A stretch of DNA of 64,000 nucleotides from an uncultured Candidatus Micrarchaeota archaeon (GTDB taxonomy: Archaea > Micrarchaeota > Micrarchaeia > Burarchaeales > Fermentimicrarchaeaceae): assembly GCA_963760615.1 (NCBI GenBank), contig CAVXDX010000007.1, positions 32,001-96,000 of the forward strand, read 5' to 3'. The translations under genes were made by a program, and so were the position numbers. Positions 56,722-64,000 of this stretch are shown here, piece by piece; positions within the stretch are counted from its first letter, which is position 1; each line of letters starts with the position of its first letter. A model generated the notes under the pieces. The model was given only the letters and a program-made list of their open reading frames with translations. It did no database searches and was not told the DNA's origin.

Positions 56722-57450
56722 TTAGACGACAGCGCCCACTACCGCGCCTATCGCATAGCCGAGAATTGCCGCAATCATGCCAATGAGCGCAAGCTCAAGT
56801 CCACTCTTCCACCATGTTCCAACCGTGAGTTCCGCCTTCACCGCTCCTGCAGCGAATAGCACAACTGCTGAGATTATTACCGACCAGATGACTGCAGTTG
56901 ATACAGGAAGGAGTAAAAATGGGAGAATCGGAACAAACGAGCCGACTATGGCGGATACCCCGACAATCAAAGCATCCTTCAGCGGGTTCTCCTGCCCGCT
57001 TGGAAACAGCTTCAGCTCATCCTTCATCATAACGTCAATCCACCTCTTCCTGTCGGAAGTTATATTGTCAACCACTTTCTCAAGAATATTTCCCCTCAGC
57101 CCTTTCTCATGGAAGATGTCCCACACCTCCTGCCTCTCCAGCTCGGGCATCTCGTCAACCTCGTACTCCTCATTTTTAAGCTCGCTTTCATAGACTTCAT
57201 TTGCAGCTTTTGATGAGGTGTAGCTCACTGCAAGCATGGAGATTGATTCGGCAAACAGCGCAGCTGCGCCTGCTATGAGGATGATTTTTGGGTCCTTGCT
57301 TGCGCTTGCAACTGCGAGGACTACGCCTAGGGTGTTCACCAAGCCGTCCTGCCCCCCAAGGATGAGCTCGCGCATCTTCATCTTTTCAAGCCGGTGCATC
57401 TCCCTTTCTTTTATCCTTCTTCTCAGCTCATTCCTATCACTTTCTTTCAT
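56722..57450 (-). CDS. VIT1/CCC1 family metal transporter
   Basis: ELILGGQDGLV, AESISM...SYTS, SAIVGSFVPILPF. Confidence 0.9.
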   Translation of the reverse strand: MKESDRNELRRRIKEREMHRLEKMKMRELILGGQDGLVNTLGVVLAVASASKDPKIILIAGAAALFAESISMLAVSYTSSKAANEVYESELKNEEYEVDEMPELERQEVWDIFHEKGLRGNILEKVVDNITSDRKRWIDVMMKDELKLFPSGQENPLKDALIVGVSAIVGSFVPILPFLLLPVSTAVIWSVIISAVVLFAAGAVKAELTVGTWWKSGLELALIGMIAAILGYAIGAVVGAVV

Positions 57451-57474
57451 AAAATCACTCGAAATGGTGCAGCA

Positions 57475-57774
57475 TCATATCTTATATATCTGCACATGGG
57501 GCACTTTTTGTATCTTTATTATGTCAGAATCCTTCACAAGCTTCATCCTCTTTGCAATGCCGGTTGCATTCTTCCCGACAAGGTTCATGGATGTTGCAGT
57601 ACGCAACTCCTTCTCCACAGTTGCATCATCCGTCTCCTCCCCCTGGTAGAAGCTGGCGTATTTTTCAAGATTCAAAACAAGCTCGCCCTCCCTGAGGACT
57701 TTGCCTATCAGCTCTGCATCACATACTGCAACTATCTTCTCCTTTCCCTTTTTGAAGGTGCGCATCAGGAGCAT
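57475..57774 (-). CDS. DUF424 family protein
   Basis: IVAVCDAELIGK, FYQGE, NLVGKNA, VPHVQI. Confidence 0.85.
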   Translation of the reverse strand: MLLMRTFKKGKEKIVAVCDAELIGKVLREGELVLNLEKYASFYQGEETDDATVEKELRTATSMNLVGKNATGIAKRMKLVKDSDIIKIQKVPHVQIYKI

Positions 57775-57804
57775 AATAGTATTCCAACGGAGCTATTTAA
57801 ATTA

Positions 57805-59295
57805 TTACTTGACGTCTGTCCCGTAGGTGAATAGGAAGGAGCAGAAGAACAGCCAGCTGTACCAGAACAGCCAGAAGCCGCTTATCACATCATGTCGCAT
57901 GAATGAGAGCACGGAAAACGAGAGCAGGACTAGGGAGAAAGTTGTCTCAGTTGCAGTTACCCTCAACGCGTCGATTACAGAACGCCTCTGCTCGTTCTGC
58001 CTTGTCATTACGAACTTTGTCTTGAAGCCGAACAGGCCAACAAGCATTGCTTTCGCCCTCACTATAGCGGTGGCGAAGTTCAGGAAGAAGGCGAGCAAGC
58101 CCGATTTAAAGGAGCCGAAGTAAAGCCTGCCTCCAAGCACGACAAGTATTACTACCGACAGCATATAGCTCACCGCAACAAGCTTCATTTGCTCCGGGAT
58201 AAGGACTTGGGAGTTCAGGCTTCTCAGGCTTATGTCGGTCAGCACGAAAATCACTCCGAGCACTGCGTAGAATATGAACAGTATGGAAAGATAGGCGTAG
58301 CCAAAAGTCTGGCTCAGGTAATGGATGCGCTTCTCATTGCTCAGTTTTGAGAAATTCTGAAGGAATTCCCTCAGTGTCCACATGTTTCCAATGGTGTACC
58401 TCCACTGCTGGGAGAGGAACATCTCGAAGCTCTCTATCGGTGCGCCGAAGGCGTATCTCTTCGATATGAATACTCCTCCCCTCCCGGCAAGATCAGCCTT
58501 GAACGCGAATGCCAAATCCTCTGTGGGTGAATTTGGGAACCCTCCGACAAGCTTCACCACCGACTTTCTGACAATGCCGCAGGAACCGCAGAACATAGGA
58601 CTCCTGCAGAGGTTCCTGACAGTCTGCATGAAGCGGTAGAAGAACAGGTAATAAACATTGACTGCGTTTGCAAAGAAGCTCCCGGGAGCGAACTCCTTTA
58701 TAGTTTGAACGAAGCCTGCCTCCTCATCAAGGAACGGCAGTGTTTCTTTTAGGAAGCTTGTGTCGGTGAGGCATTCATCAGCATCGAATATCGCGATGTA
58801 TTCCTCGTCGACCATGTCAAGGAATTTGTTCATCACGTAGCTTTTGAGCTTCACAGGGTTTTCCATGTAAAGGTAATTAACTCCTATTCCCTTGCAGAAC
58901 TTTTCGAGCTGCCAGGATTTTTCAGTTGAATTATCCAGCAGGAATATCCTCAGCTTGTCATTGGGGTAGTCCACCTTCGTTATTGACTCAATATTCCTCT
59001 TGACCATCTCTTCGTCTTCATTCCTTGTCGGCATCACTATGGCAACTGGCGGATACTTCCTTATTTTCTTGGGAGTGAATTTCTCAAGCCCATATGAGCG
59101 CAGGTAGTAGTAGCATCCGAACGTGTTGAATATGGTGTTTATTATAACAAGAGTTAGGAATAAGAATGCAAGGATTGTTTCTGGCAGCGTATTGACTATG
59201 AAAAGCAGCATGTAGACGCCGTAGTTGATTCCGCCAATAGACACGCCCATTATTGCAATTACGAGGGCCCAACGGATAGCCAAATCTCTATCCAT
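57805..59295 (-). CDS. cellulose-synthase-like processive GT2 membrane glycosyltransferase
   Basis: 2 N-terminal TMs, PTRNE, LDNS, K, FDAD, FVQT, FCGS, TED, QQWRY, C-terminal TMs. Confidence 0.85.
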   Translation of the reverse strand: MDRDLAIRWALVIAIMGVSIGGINYGVYMLLFIVNTLPETILAFLFLTLVIINTIFNTFGCYYYLRSYGLEKFTPKKIRKYPPVAIVMPTRNEDEEMVKRNIESITKVDYPNDKLRIFLLDNSTEKSWQLEKFCKGIGVNYLYMENPVKLKSYVMNKFLDMVDEEYIAIFDADECLTDTSFLKETLPFLDEEAGFVQTIKEFAPGSFFANAVNVYYLFFYRFMQTVRNLCRSPMFCGSCGIVRKSVVKLVGGFPNSPTEDLAFAFKADLAGRGGVFISKRYAFGAPIESFEMFLSQQWRYTIGNMWTLREFLQNFSKLSNEKRIHYLSQTFGYAYLSILFIFYAVLGVIFVLTDISLRSLNSQVLIPEQMKLVAVSYMLSVVILVVLGGRLYFGSFKSGLLAFFLNFATAIVRAKAMLVGLFGFKTKFVMTRQNEQRRSVIDALRVTATETTFSLVLLSFSVLSFMRHDVISGFWLFWYSWLFFCSFLFTYGTDVK

Positions 59296-59372
59296 GTTAT
59301 CATTCCCTGATGTCATAAGTGTTTTGCCAGGCACTATTTAAATAATTGCTATTCTGAAGTTGCGGGAATTTT

Positions 59373-60029
59373 TCAGCTGGATGCCAGCAGGAAGCTTATG
59401 GACTGCAGGAGAAGTTGCACATAGCGGAAAATCTTTTTTGCATAGTCTAGGATGCTCATTTCCTTCTGGATTGAATAATCGGCGGTAACTGGCAGCTGGC
59501 ATATCCTTAGGTTCTTTCTCTTTGCCATGAACAGCATTTCCAAATCAATTTTGAATCCCTCACCATCCAAGCCTTTGAATTTGCTTTTCCTCAGCGCTCT
59601 AAGACCGTTAAGAGGGTCGCCGGCTTCAGGTATCTTCAGCGAAACAAATTTCACTATCACGAGGTTTGCAATCAGCCTGTGAAGAGGTATCTTAGAGTTT
59701 TTGAGGAAGCGATTGCCAATAACCAGGTCGCATCTTTTCAGCTCATCCACAAAGGCGGGTATGTATTCTGGGGAGAGCTGGTTATCCCCGTCTATAAGAA
59801 CTACTTCCTCCGTCTTTGCAGCCCTCATGCCAGTCACAACAGCCTGGCTCTTACCCATGTTCCTGCCATGACGTATAACCTCAACCTTGAATTTCTTTGC
59901 AATGGAGTATGTTCTGTCAGTTGAACCGTCATCTACAACTATAATGCGCTCTGCTTTTTTTGTGAGCTTCTCAAGGAGCTTCCCTATGTTTTCCTCCTCG
60001 TTGTATGCCGGGACTATTACGGTGAACAT
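59373..60029 (-). CDS. GT2 glycosyltransferase (dolichol-phosphate sugar synthase-like)
   Basis: IVPAYNEE, VDDGSTD, NMGKS, IDGDNQ, IGNR, DPLNG. Confidence 0.88.
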   Translation of the reverse strand: MFTVIVPAYNEEENIGKLLEKLTKKAERIIVVDDGSTDRTYSIAKKFKVEVIRHGRNMGKSQAVVTGMRAAKTEEVVLIDGDNQLSPEYIPAFVDELKRCDLVIGNRFLKNSKIPLHRLIANLVIVKFVSLKIPEAGDPLNGLRALRKSKFKGLDGEGFKIDLEMLFMAKRKNLRICQLPVTADYSIQKEMSILDYAKKIFRYVQLLLQSISFLLASS

Positions 60030-60030
60030 G

Positions 60031-62274
60031 TCAGCTACCTCGGTATATGTGGATGAACGAATTGTCATAAATTCTGTCTGAATAGGCCAAATCCCTCAGC
60101 CTGCCATTGTCGTCAAGCACCATTAGGCTTATGTTATAGCCCTGCAGGTATCCCGTATCCGAGTTCTGGTAAAAGTTATACTCTGCATAGAACTTGTCGC
60201 TTTGGGCATACTCCACGTATAAATCCGCAAGGACTTTCCTCTGCCCAACATAGGTTTCAATATGCCCGTATTCTGGGTTTATTGCCACAGTGTCACTGGT
60301 TGACGTGAATTTGTCTATGAACTTCATGGGTTTCACGCACATATCGTTGGCGTAAACCCACTCGCACCATGTGGTGGTGCCTGAGAAGAGCACAGGCATG
60401 AAGAGAAGGTTGGCCAGTATGAACAGGAAGAAGACGGACATTACAAAAGAATCCTTCAGCTCCTCCCCGAATGTCAGTGGGAACAGGAAGGAGAGCATGA
60501 TGGTGACAATGAGGTTTATCCTAAAGGCAACCAGTGCATTGGCGAGCACTGCGAGGACTAGGAGCAATGCTGCGAGCTGTAGCGGCTTTTTGACAACCCC
60601 AAATAAAGCGGTAATCAATGCTACTGGTATGAGGAACTGCAGGTCATAGACTATACCAATGAAGCCGTATGACACGAAATAGCCCCACAGGTTTGGCGCA
60701 GTCTCGTAGGGAAGGCCGTTTATCATGAACAAGGGCAGGTAGAAGATGAGCGAGAGGAATGATGCTGATACGAGCATCAGGGCGGCGTTCCTAATCCTCT
60801 TCCAGTCGATTTTGAAGAGCCCCATTGCGTATACGTACAGCGGGAAGAGCAGGATGACGGTTGGGTGAGCAGATAGGGCAAAGGAGAGGAAAACTGCCGA
60901 TAGAATCTTCAGCACACTCTCTTTTCTGTCCATGAGGAGCAGTGACAGGTTCATAAGGAAGTAGGCCAGCACATGCAGCGTCACGGTGGATGAGAATATC
61001 ATGACAAAGGCATGGGTTGCGAATATTGATGCTCCAGCAAGCCTCTCCTGCCACCTCTTGAACTTCCTGAAAAGCAGGTAGAGCGAAACCGAGTAGGCGA
61101 AAACTACCAGCAGATGGAAAGGCAGTCTTACCGATTCATAGCTGTACTGCCCAAGCAGGAGGGCTACCTGACTGGCTATTTGGAAGAAGACAGGCGGGTA
61201 GGTGAAGTTCCTGCCAAGATAGCTCAGCTGGTCGTAGTAGAATGTGCTGCCCTGTTCAAGAGTTGCCTGAACATTTCTGTAGTAGTATGCCCCCCACCAG
61301 TCCACAGGACCGAACCTGAGCATGAGTGCCGCTATGATCGCTGTGAATGCCACTCCAAATATCACCGCTTCCTTTCTAAGCGTTTTAGGAACATTCTGGG
61401 CAAGAGTTTGCCTGCTTTTGGACTTCCAAAGCAGTATCACCCCAAGTGCGAGCAGAAGCGGGACTAGCCATTCGCTGAAGCCAAGGTTGTTATGCAGCTG
61501 CATCTGCAGGGCAATTGCAGAGAGGGATGCACCGAAAAATATTAGGAAAGAGGTGAGCCAGTCAATTGAATGCCCCTTGTACACCAGAAGGGCAATTGCA
61601 AGGGAGAGAAGAATATTCAGTGAATCAACGTAGGGAAACGGCGGGGCTTCGATGGAAACACTTTTTGTGTCTAAGGCCTTGCCGGCATAGCTGAACTCTA
61701 TAGTATGCTGCCCGGGCTCCAGGCTCAGCTCCTCTGTTTTACGGGACTCGCTTACCCCATTCTGGAAGAGGTAGGTGGGGCGCAGCACAGGATTGCCGTC
61801 AACCTTAACCTCAAAATTCTTGTAGGCTGCATCATTCAGTTTTGAAGTGAAGTTTATGTCCAGTTTCACAGTCCTCTTATTTGCGGTTGCACTGAATTTC
61901 GCATCAATACTTTCTTGGGAGAAACTCCTGTTCACCCTATGGGAGTAGAAGCGGAGCTGGGATTCTCCGCAGAGAAGAATTGTTTGCGTATCGCTACCAC
62001 AGCTCTCCATGCCAGCTTCTATGTTATTGTAGCCCTGCGTGAGGGTTTTATCAAAGGTCGCATTGCAGATATAGACTGAGCAGGGGTAGTTTTTGCTTGA
62101 GTATACTTCAAAATGCATTACATCTCCAGAGACATTCTTTGGGTATTCCACAAGGTAGAGCTCCTCGGGGTTTGGGATGTTGAACCAGTTGAAGGTCACC
62201 CAGTTCATCTTTTCTACCTGGTTGATCCAGGCAAGAATGAATACAATGAACAGGATTACTGCGATTCTTCTCAT
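60031..62274 (-). CDS. STT3/AglB-like GT-C membrane protein lacking WWD, with an N-terminal extracellular beta domain
   Basis: About 13 TMs; D.WGAYYY...G...YDQLSY...YPP; C-terminal DTVAINPEYGHIETYVGQR aligns to AglB ERVISWWDYGHWINYWGQK. Confidence 0.65.
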   Translation of the reverse strand: MRRIAVILFIVFILAWINQVEKMNWVTFNWFNIPNPEELYLVEYPKNVSGDVMHFEVYSSKNYPCSVYICNATFDKTLTQGYNNIEAGMESCGSDTQTILLCGESQLRFYSHRVNRSFSQESIDAKFSATANKRTVKLDINFTSKLNDAAYKNFEVKVDGNPVLRPTYLFQNGVSESRKTEELSLEPGQHTIEFSYAGKALDTKSVSIEAPPFPYVDSLNILLSLAIALLVYKGHSIDWLTSFLIFFGASLSAIALQMQLHNNLGFSEWLVPLLLALGVILLWKSKSRQTLAQNVPKTLRKEAVIFGVAFTAIIAALMLRFGPVDWWGAYYYRNVQATLEQGSTFYYDQLSYLGRNFTYPPVFFQIASQVALLLGQYSYESVRLPFHLLVVFAYSVSLYLLFRKFKRWQERLAGASIFATHAFVMIFSSTVTLHVLAYFLMNLSLLLMDRKESVLKILSAVFLSFALSAHPTVILLFPLYVYAMGLFKIDWKRIRNAALMLVSASFLSLIFYLPLFMINGLPYETAPNLWGYFVSYGFIGIVYDLQFLIPVALITALFGVVKKPLQLAALLLVLAVLANALVAFRINLIVTIMLSFLFPLTFGEELKDSFVMSVFFLFILANLLFMPVLFSGTTTWCEWVYANDMCVKPMKFIDKFTSTSDTVAINPEYGHIETYVGQRKVLADLYVEYAQSDKFYAEYNFYQNSDTGYLQGYNISLMVLDDNGRLRDLAYSDRIYDNSFIHIYRGS

Positions 62275-63522
62275 CTATCTGCACCTGTCAATAAATTCCC
62301 TCATTGCAACCGTCGCATAGGCGCCTGCCGGAAGCGAGAAGGTGAACTTTCCCATGCCCTCGGCATACTCAAACCTGAAGTCCTTGAGTTGAATGAACAT
62401 GCACCTTCTGGAACCCTTTGAGCTTATCTCTGGGAATGAATGTATAAGGAAATCCTCTTTTTTTATACCTTCTTCCTCCATGACTGCAGATTCGTATTTC
62501 CCAATGTAGCTGCTCTCGTAGCCTACAATTTCCAGCAAGGGAAAAAGCTCGCCTCTGCGCAGCTTCTCCTCAGCTTCTGCCGCACTTCCAGCTTTTTCAG
62601 TTCTCTCAGTATCTGGAAAGCCAAATGAATCCCTTCCGCAGACCGAATCTTCCGGCATGAGTGAGGCTCCCATCTCCGCGATTCTCCTGCTCAACGCCTT
62701 GTTGAACATGTAGCTCTGGTAAGCATGCACAAACATAAGAGAAAGCCCTCTTGGTAGTTTCCTGAGGGCATTGACATAATCGTTTTGGTAGGAAGAGAGG
62801 TAGTTCAGGAGCGTTCTCTCGTACAGCAGATAGGGTGGAAAGTATTCCAGAGCTCTCTTGAAATCGCCATCAGCTGCGAGCTGTTTCCGAGCTTCCTTTG
62901 CCTCTGCCCTCTCCCCTTCATCCACATAGGTTAGGTAGCACATGACTGCCTCCTTGAAGTTGCCTGAGACTATAGCTTTCCCAACAAGGTGCGTGTTCTT
63001 TCTCATACTGCCGAACCTCTGCTCGCCAAAGTAGTTCGGGAAGAGCCCTTTCAAACTTTTATATATTTCTCTAACCTTCTCCTCGGAATCGGGGGCAAGC
63101 TCCCTGATAGATATTGTAAATCTATTGCCAAGCAAATCGCCAATTCTAAGCTTCTCCTTCGCCTTCCATGCACCATTTATTTTGATATCCTTTATGTGTA
63201 TATTCAAGAGAGCAGGGTCTATCTTGAATGCACTTGCAAGCTGAGTCGTCACCGCATTCCTGTCCTTCACGCCCCCATAGCCGAACCTTTTCAGTCCGCA
63301 GTGAAACTTTCTCCCAATCTCTTTCAGAGCCTGCAGGGTATTCCAGTTCCTTTTCTGCAAAACGAAGTATGTGAAGTCACCCTCTTCTCCATGCTTCTCA
63401 AAAGACTTATCAAGCTCGAGAACTTCACCTTCCCTTGTTATCTCCTCCACTATGAAATCCTCTGGGCGGCTCTTCATAACGCCCCCGATGCCCTGAAGCT
63501 TTGAGAGGTATGTCAAATCCAT
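62275..63522 (-). CDS. truD: tRNA pseudouridine(13) synthase
   Basis: PEDFIVEE, YGGVKDRNAVTTQ, GDLLGNRF, PNYFGEQRFG, FSLPAGAYAT. Confidence 0.95.
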   Translation of the reverse strand: MDLTYLSKLQGIGGVMKSRPEDFIVEEITREGEVLELDKSFEKHGEEGDFTYFVLQKRNWNTLQALKEIGRKFHCGLKRFGYGGVKDRNAVTTQLASAFKIDPALLNIHIKDIKINGAWKAKEKLRIGDLLGNRFTISIRELAPDSEEKVREIYKSLKGLFPNYFGEQRFGSMRKNTHLVGKAIVSGNFKEAVMCYLTYVDEGERAEAKEARKQLAADGDFKRALEYFPPYLLYERTLLNYLSSYQNDYVNALRKLPRGLSLMFVHAYQSYMFNKALSRRIAEMGASLMPEDSVCGRDSFGFPDTERTEKAGSAAEAEEKLRRGELFPLLEIVGYESSYIGKYESAVMEEEGIKKEDFLIHSFPEISSKGSRRCMFIQLKDFRFEYAEGMGKFTFSLPAGAYATVAMREFIDRCR

Positions 63523-63552
63523 ATTTAAGTGTTTCTCAATAAGATATAAAAT

Positions 63553-64000
63553 ATGGGTGAGTTGAGCAAGAAAAAGGGGTTCATATTCGATTTGGATGGA
63601 GTGGTTTACATTGGTGATACTCCAATAGAAGGTGCAGGAGAAACTCTTGCATGCCTCAGAGAAAAGAGGAAGAAAGTGCGCTTTCTTACGAATAATGCCA
63701 GTAAGAGTAGAAGAGATTATGCGAGGAAACTCAATGAGATGAGAATTGAATGTGATGAAGAGGAGGTTATTACGTCATCGTACGGGGCGGCTATTTACCT
63801 CAAAGAGAAATACAAGAAAGGAAAGTGCGTTGTTATAGGTGAGGAAGGTCTCAAAAGTGAACTCGCTGAGCAGGGATTTGAAGTTGTAAGCGGAAGAGAA
63901 GGTGAAGATGCGAATTTTGTGGTGGTTGGCATAGACAGAAATTTTAATTATGTTAAACTCACAACTGCACTTAGGGCGGTTAAGAGCGGGGCAAGGTTCA
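63553..64000 (+). CDS. HAD-IIA (NagD-like) hydrolase, partial
   Basis: FIFDLDGVVY, FLTNNA, ITSSYG; open to the window end (not in ORF track). Confidence 0.88.
   Translation, partial: MGELSKKKGFIFDLDGVVYIGDTPIEGAGETLACLREKRKKVRFLTNNASKSRRDYARKLNEMRIECDEEEVITSSYGAAIYLKEKYKKGKCVVIGEEGLKSELAEQGFEVVSGREGEDANFVVVGIDRNFNYVKLTTALRAVKSGARF

Noticed and set aside
848-63504. Numerous 60-280 aa antisense or overlapping ORFs in the track
   Set aside because: Lie opposite or within genes with recognisable motifs; no SD or motif support
1-64000. CRISPR array, rRNA, DGR template/variable repeats, integrase or att pair
   Set aside because: No regularly spaced repeats, no rRNA-like sequence, no reverse transcriptase or integrase. 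The 84-bp repeat lacks A-specific mismatches, so it is not a DGR.

Overview
Archaeal chromosomal window. Evidence: class I CCA-adding enzyme, AglB, pelota/ABCE1, Dph6, JAMM, PAC2, a BHB-type tRNA intron and GGTGA-type Shine-Dalgarno sites. A DPANN/Micrarchaeota-like lineage is my inference. The left third (3.7-25.6 kb) is mostly housekeeping translation, tRNA and salvage genes, interrupted by a lipoprotein serpin, an AT-rich pilin-like gene and a solo IS200/IS605 tnpB element. About 25-62 kb is a large surface-glycosylation region: AglB plus three other GT-C proteins in the window, many GT2/GT4 enzymes, FnlA/RmlD/cupin/deacetylase/formyltransferase, WbpB/D/E-like and Gmd/Rmd-like sugar pathways, and a flippase. 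Most notable: (1) a PrgI/TraC-like/VirB4 fusion ATPase next to a secreted M15 peptidoglycan-type peptidase with a 17-Gly linker; (2) a degenerate STT3 paralog in an operon with a cellulose-synthase-like GT2; (3) a methyltransferase gene flanked by a duplicated galE/ugd promoter (84-bp direct repeat); (4) tRNA-Leu(TAA) with a non-canonical 30/31 intron; (5) two genes apparently starting at ATT or ATA. Four single-base frameshifts in short G/C runs may be assembly errors. No CRISPR array or rRNA was seen.
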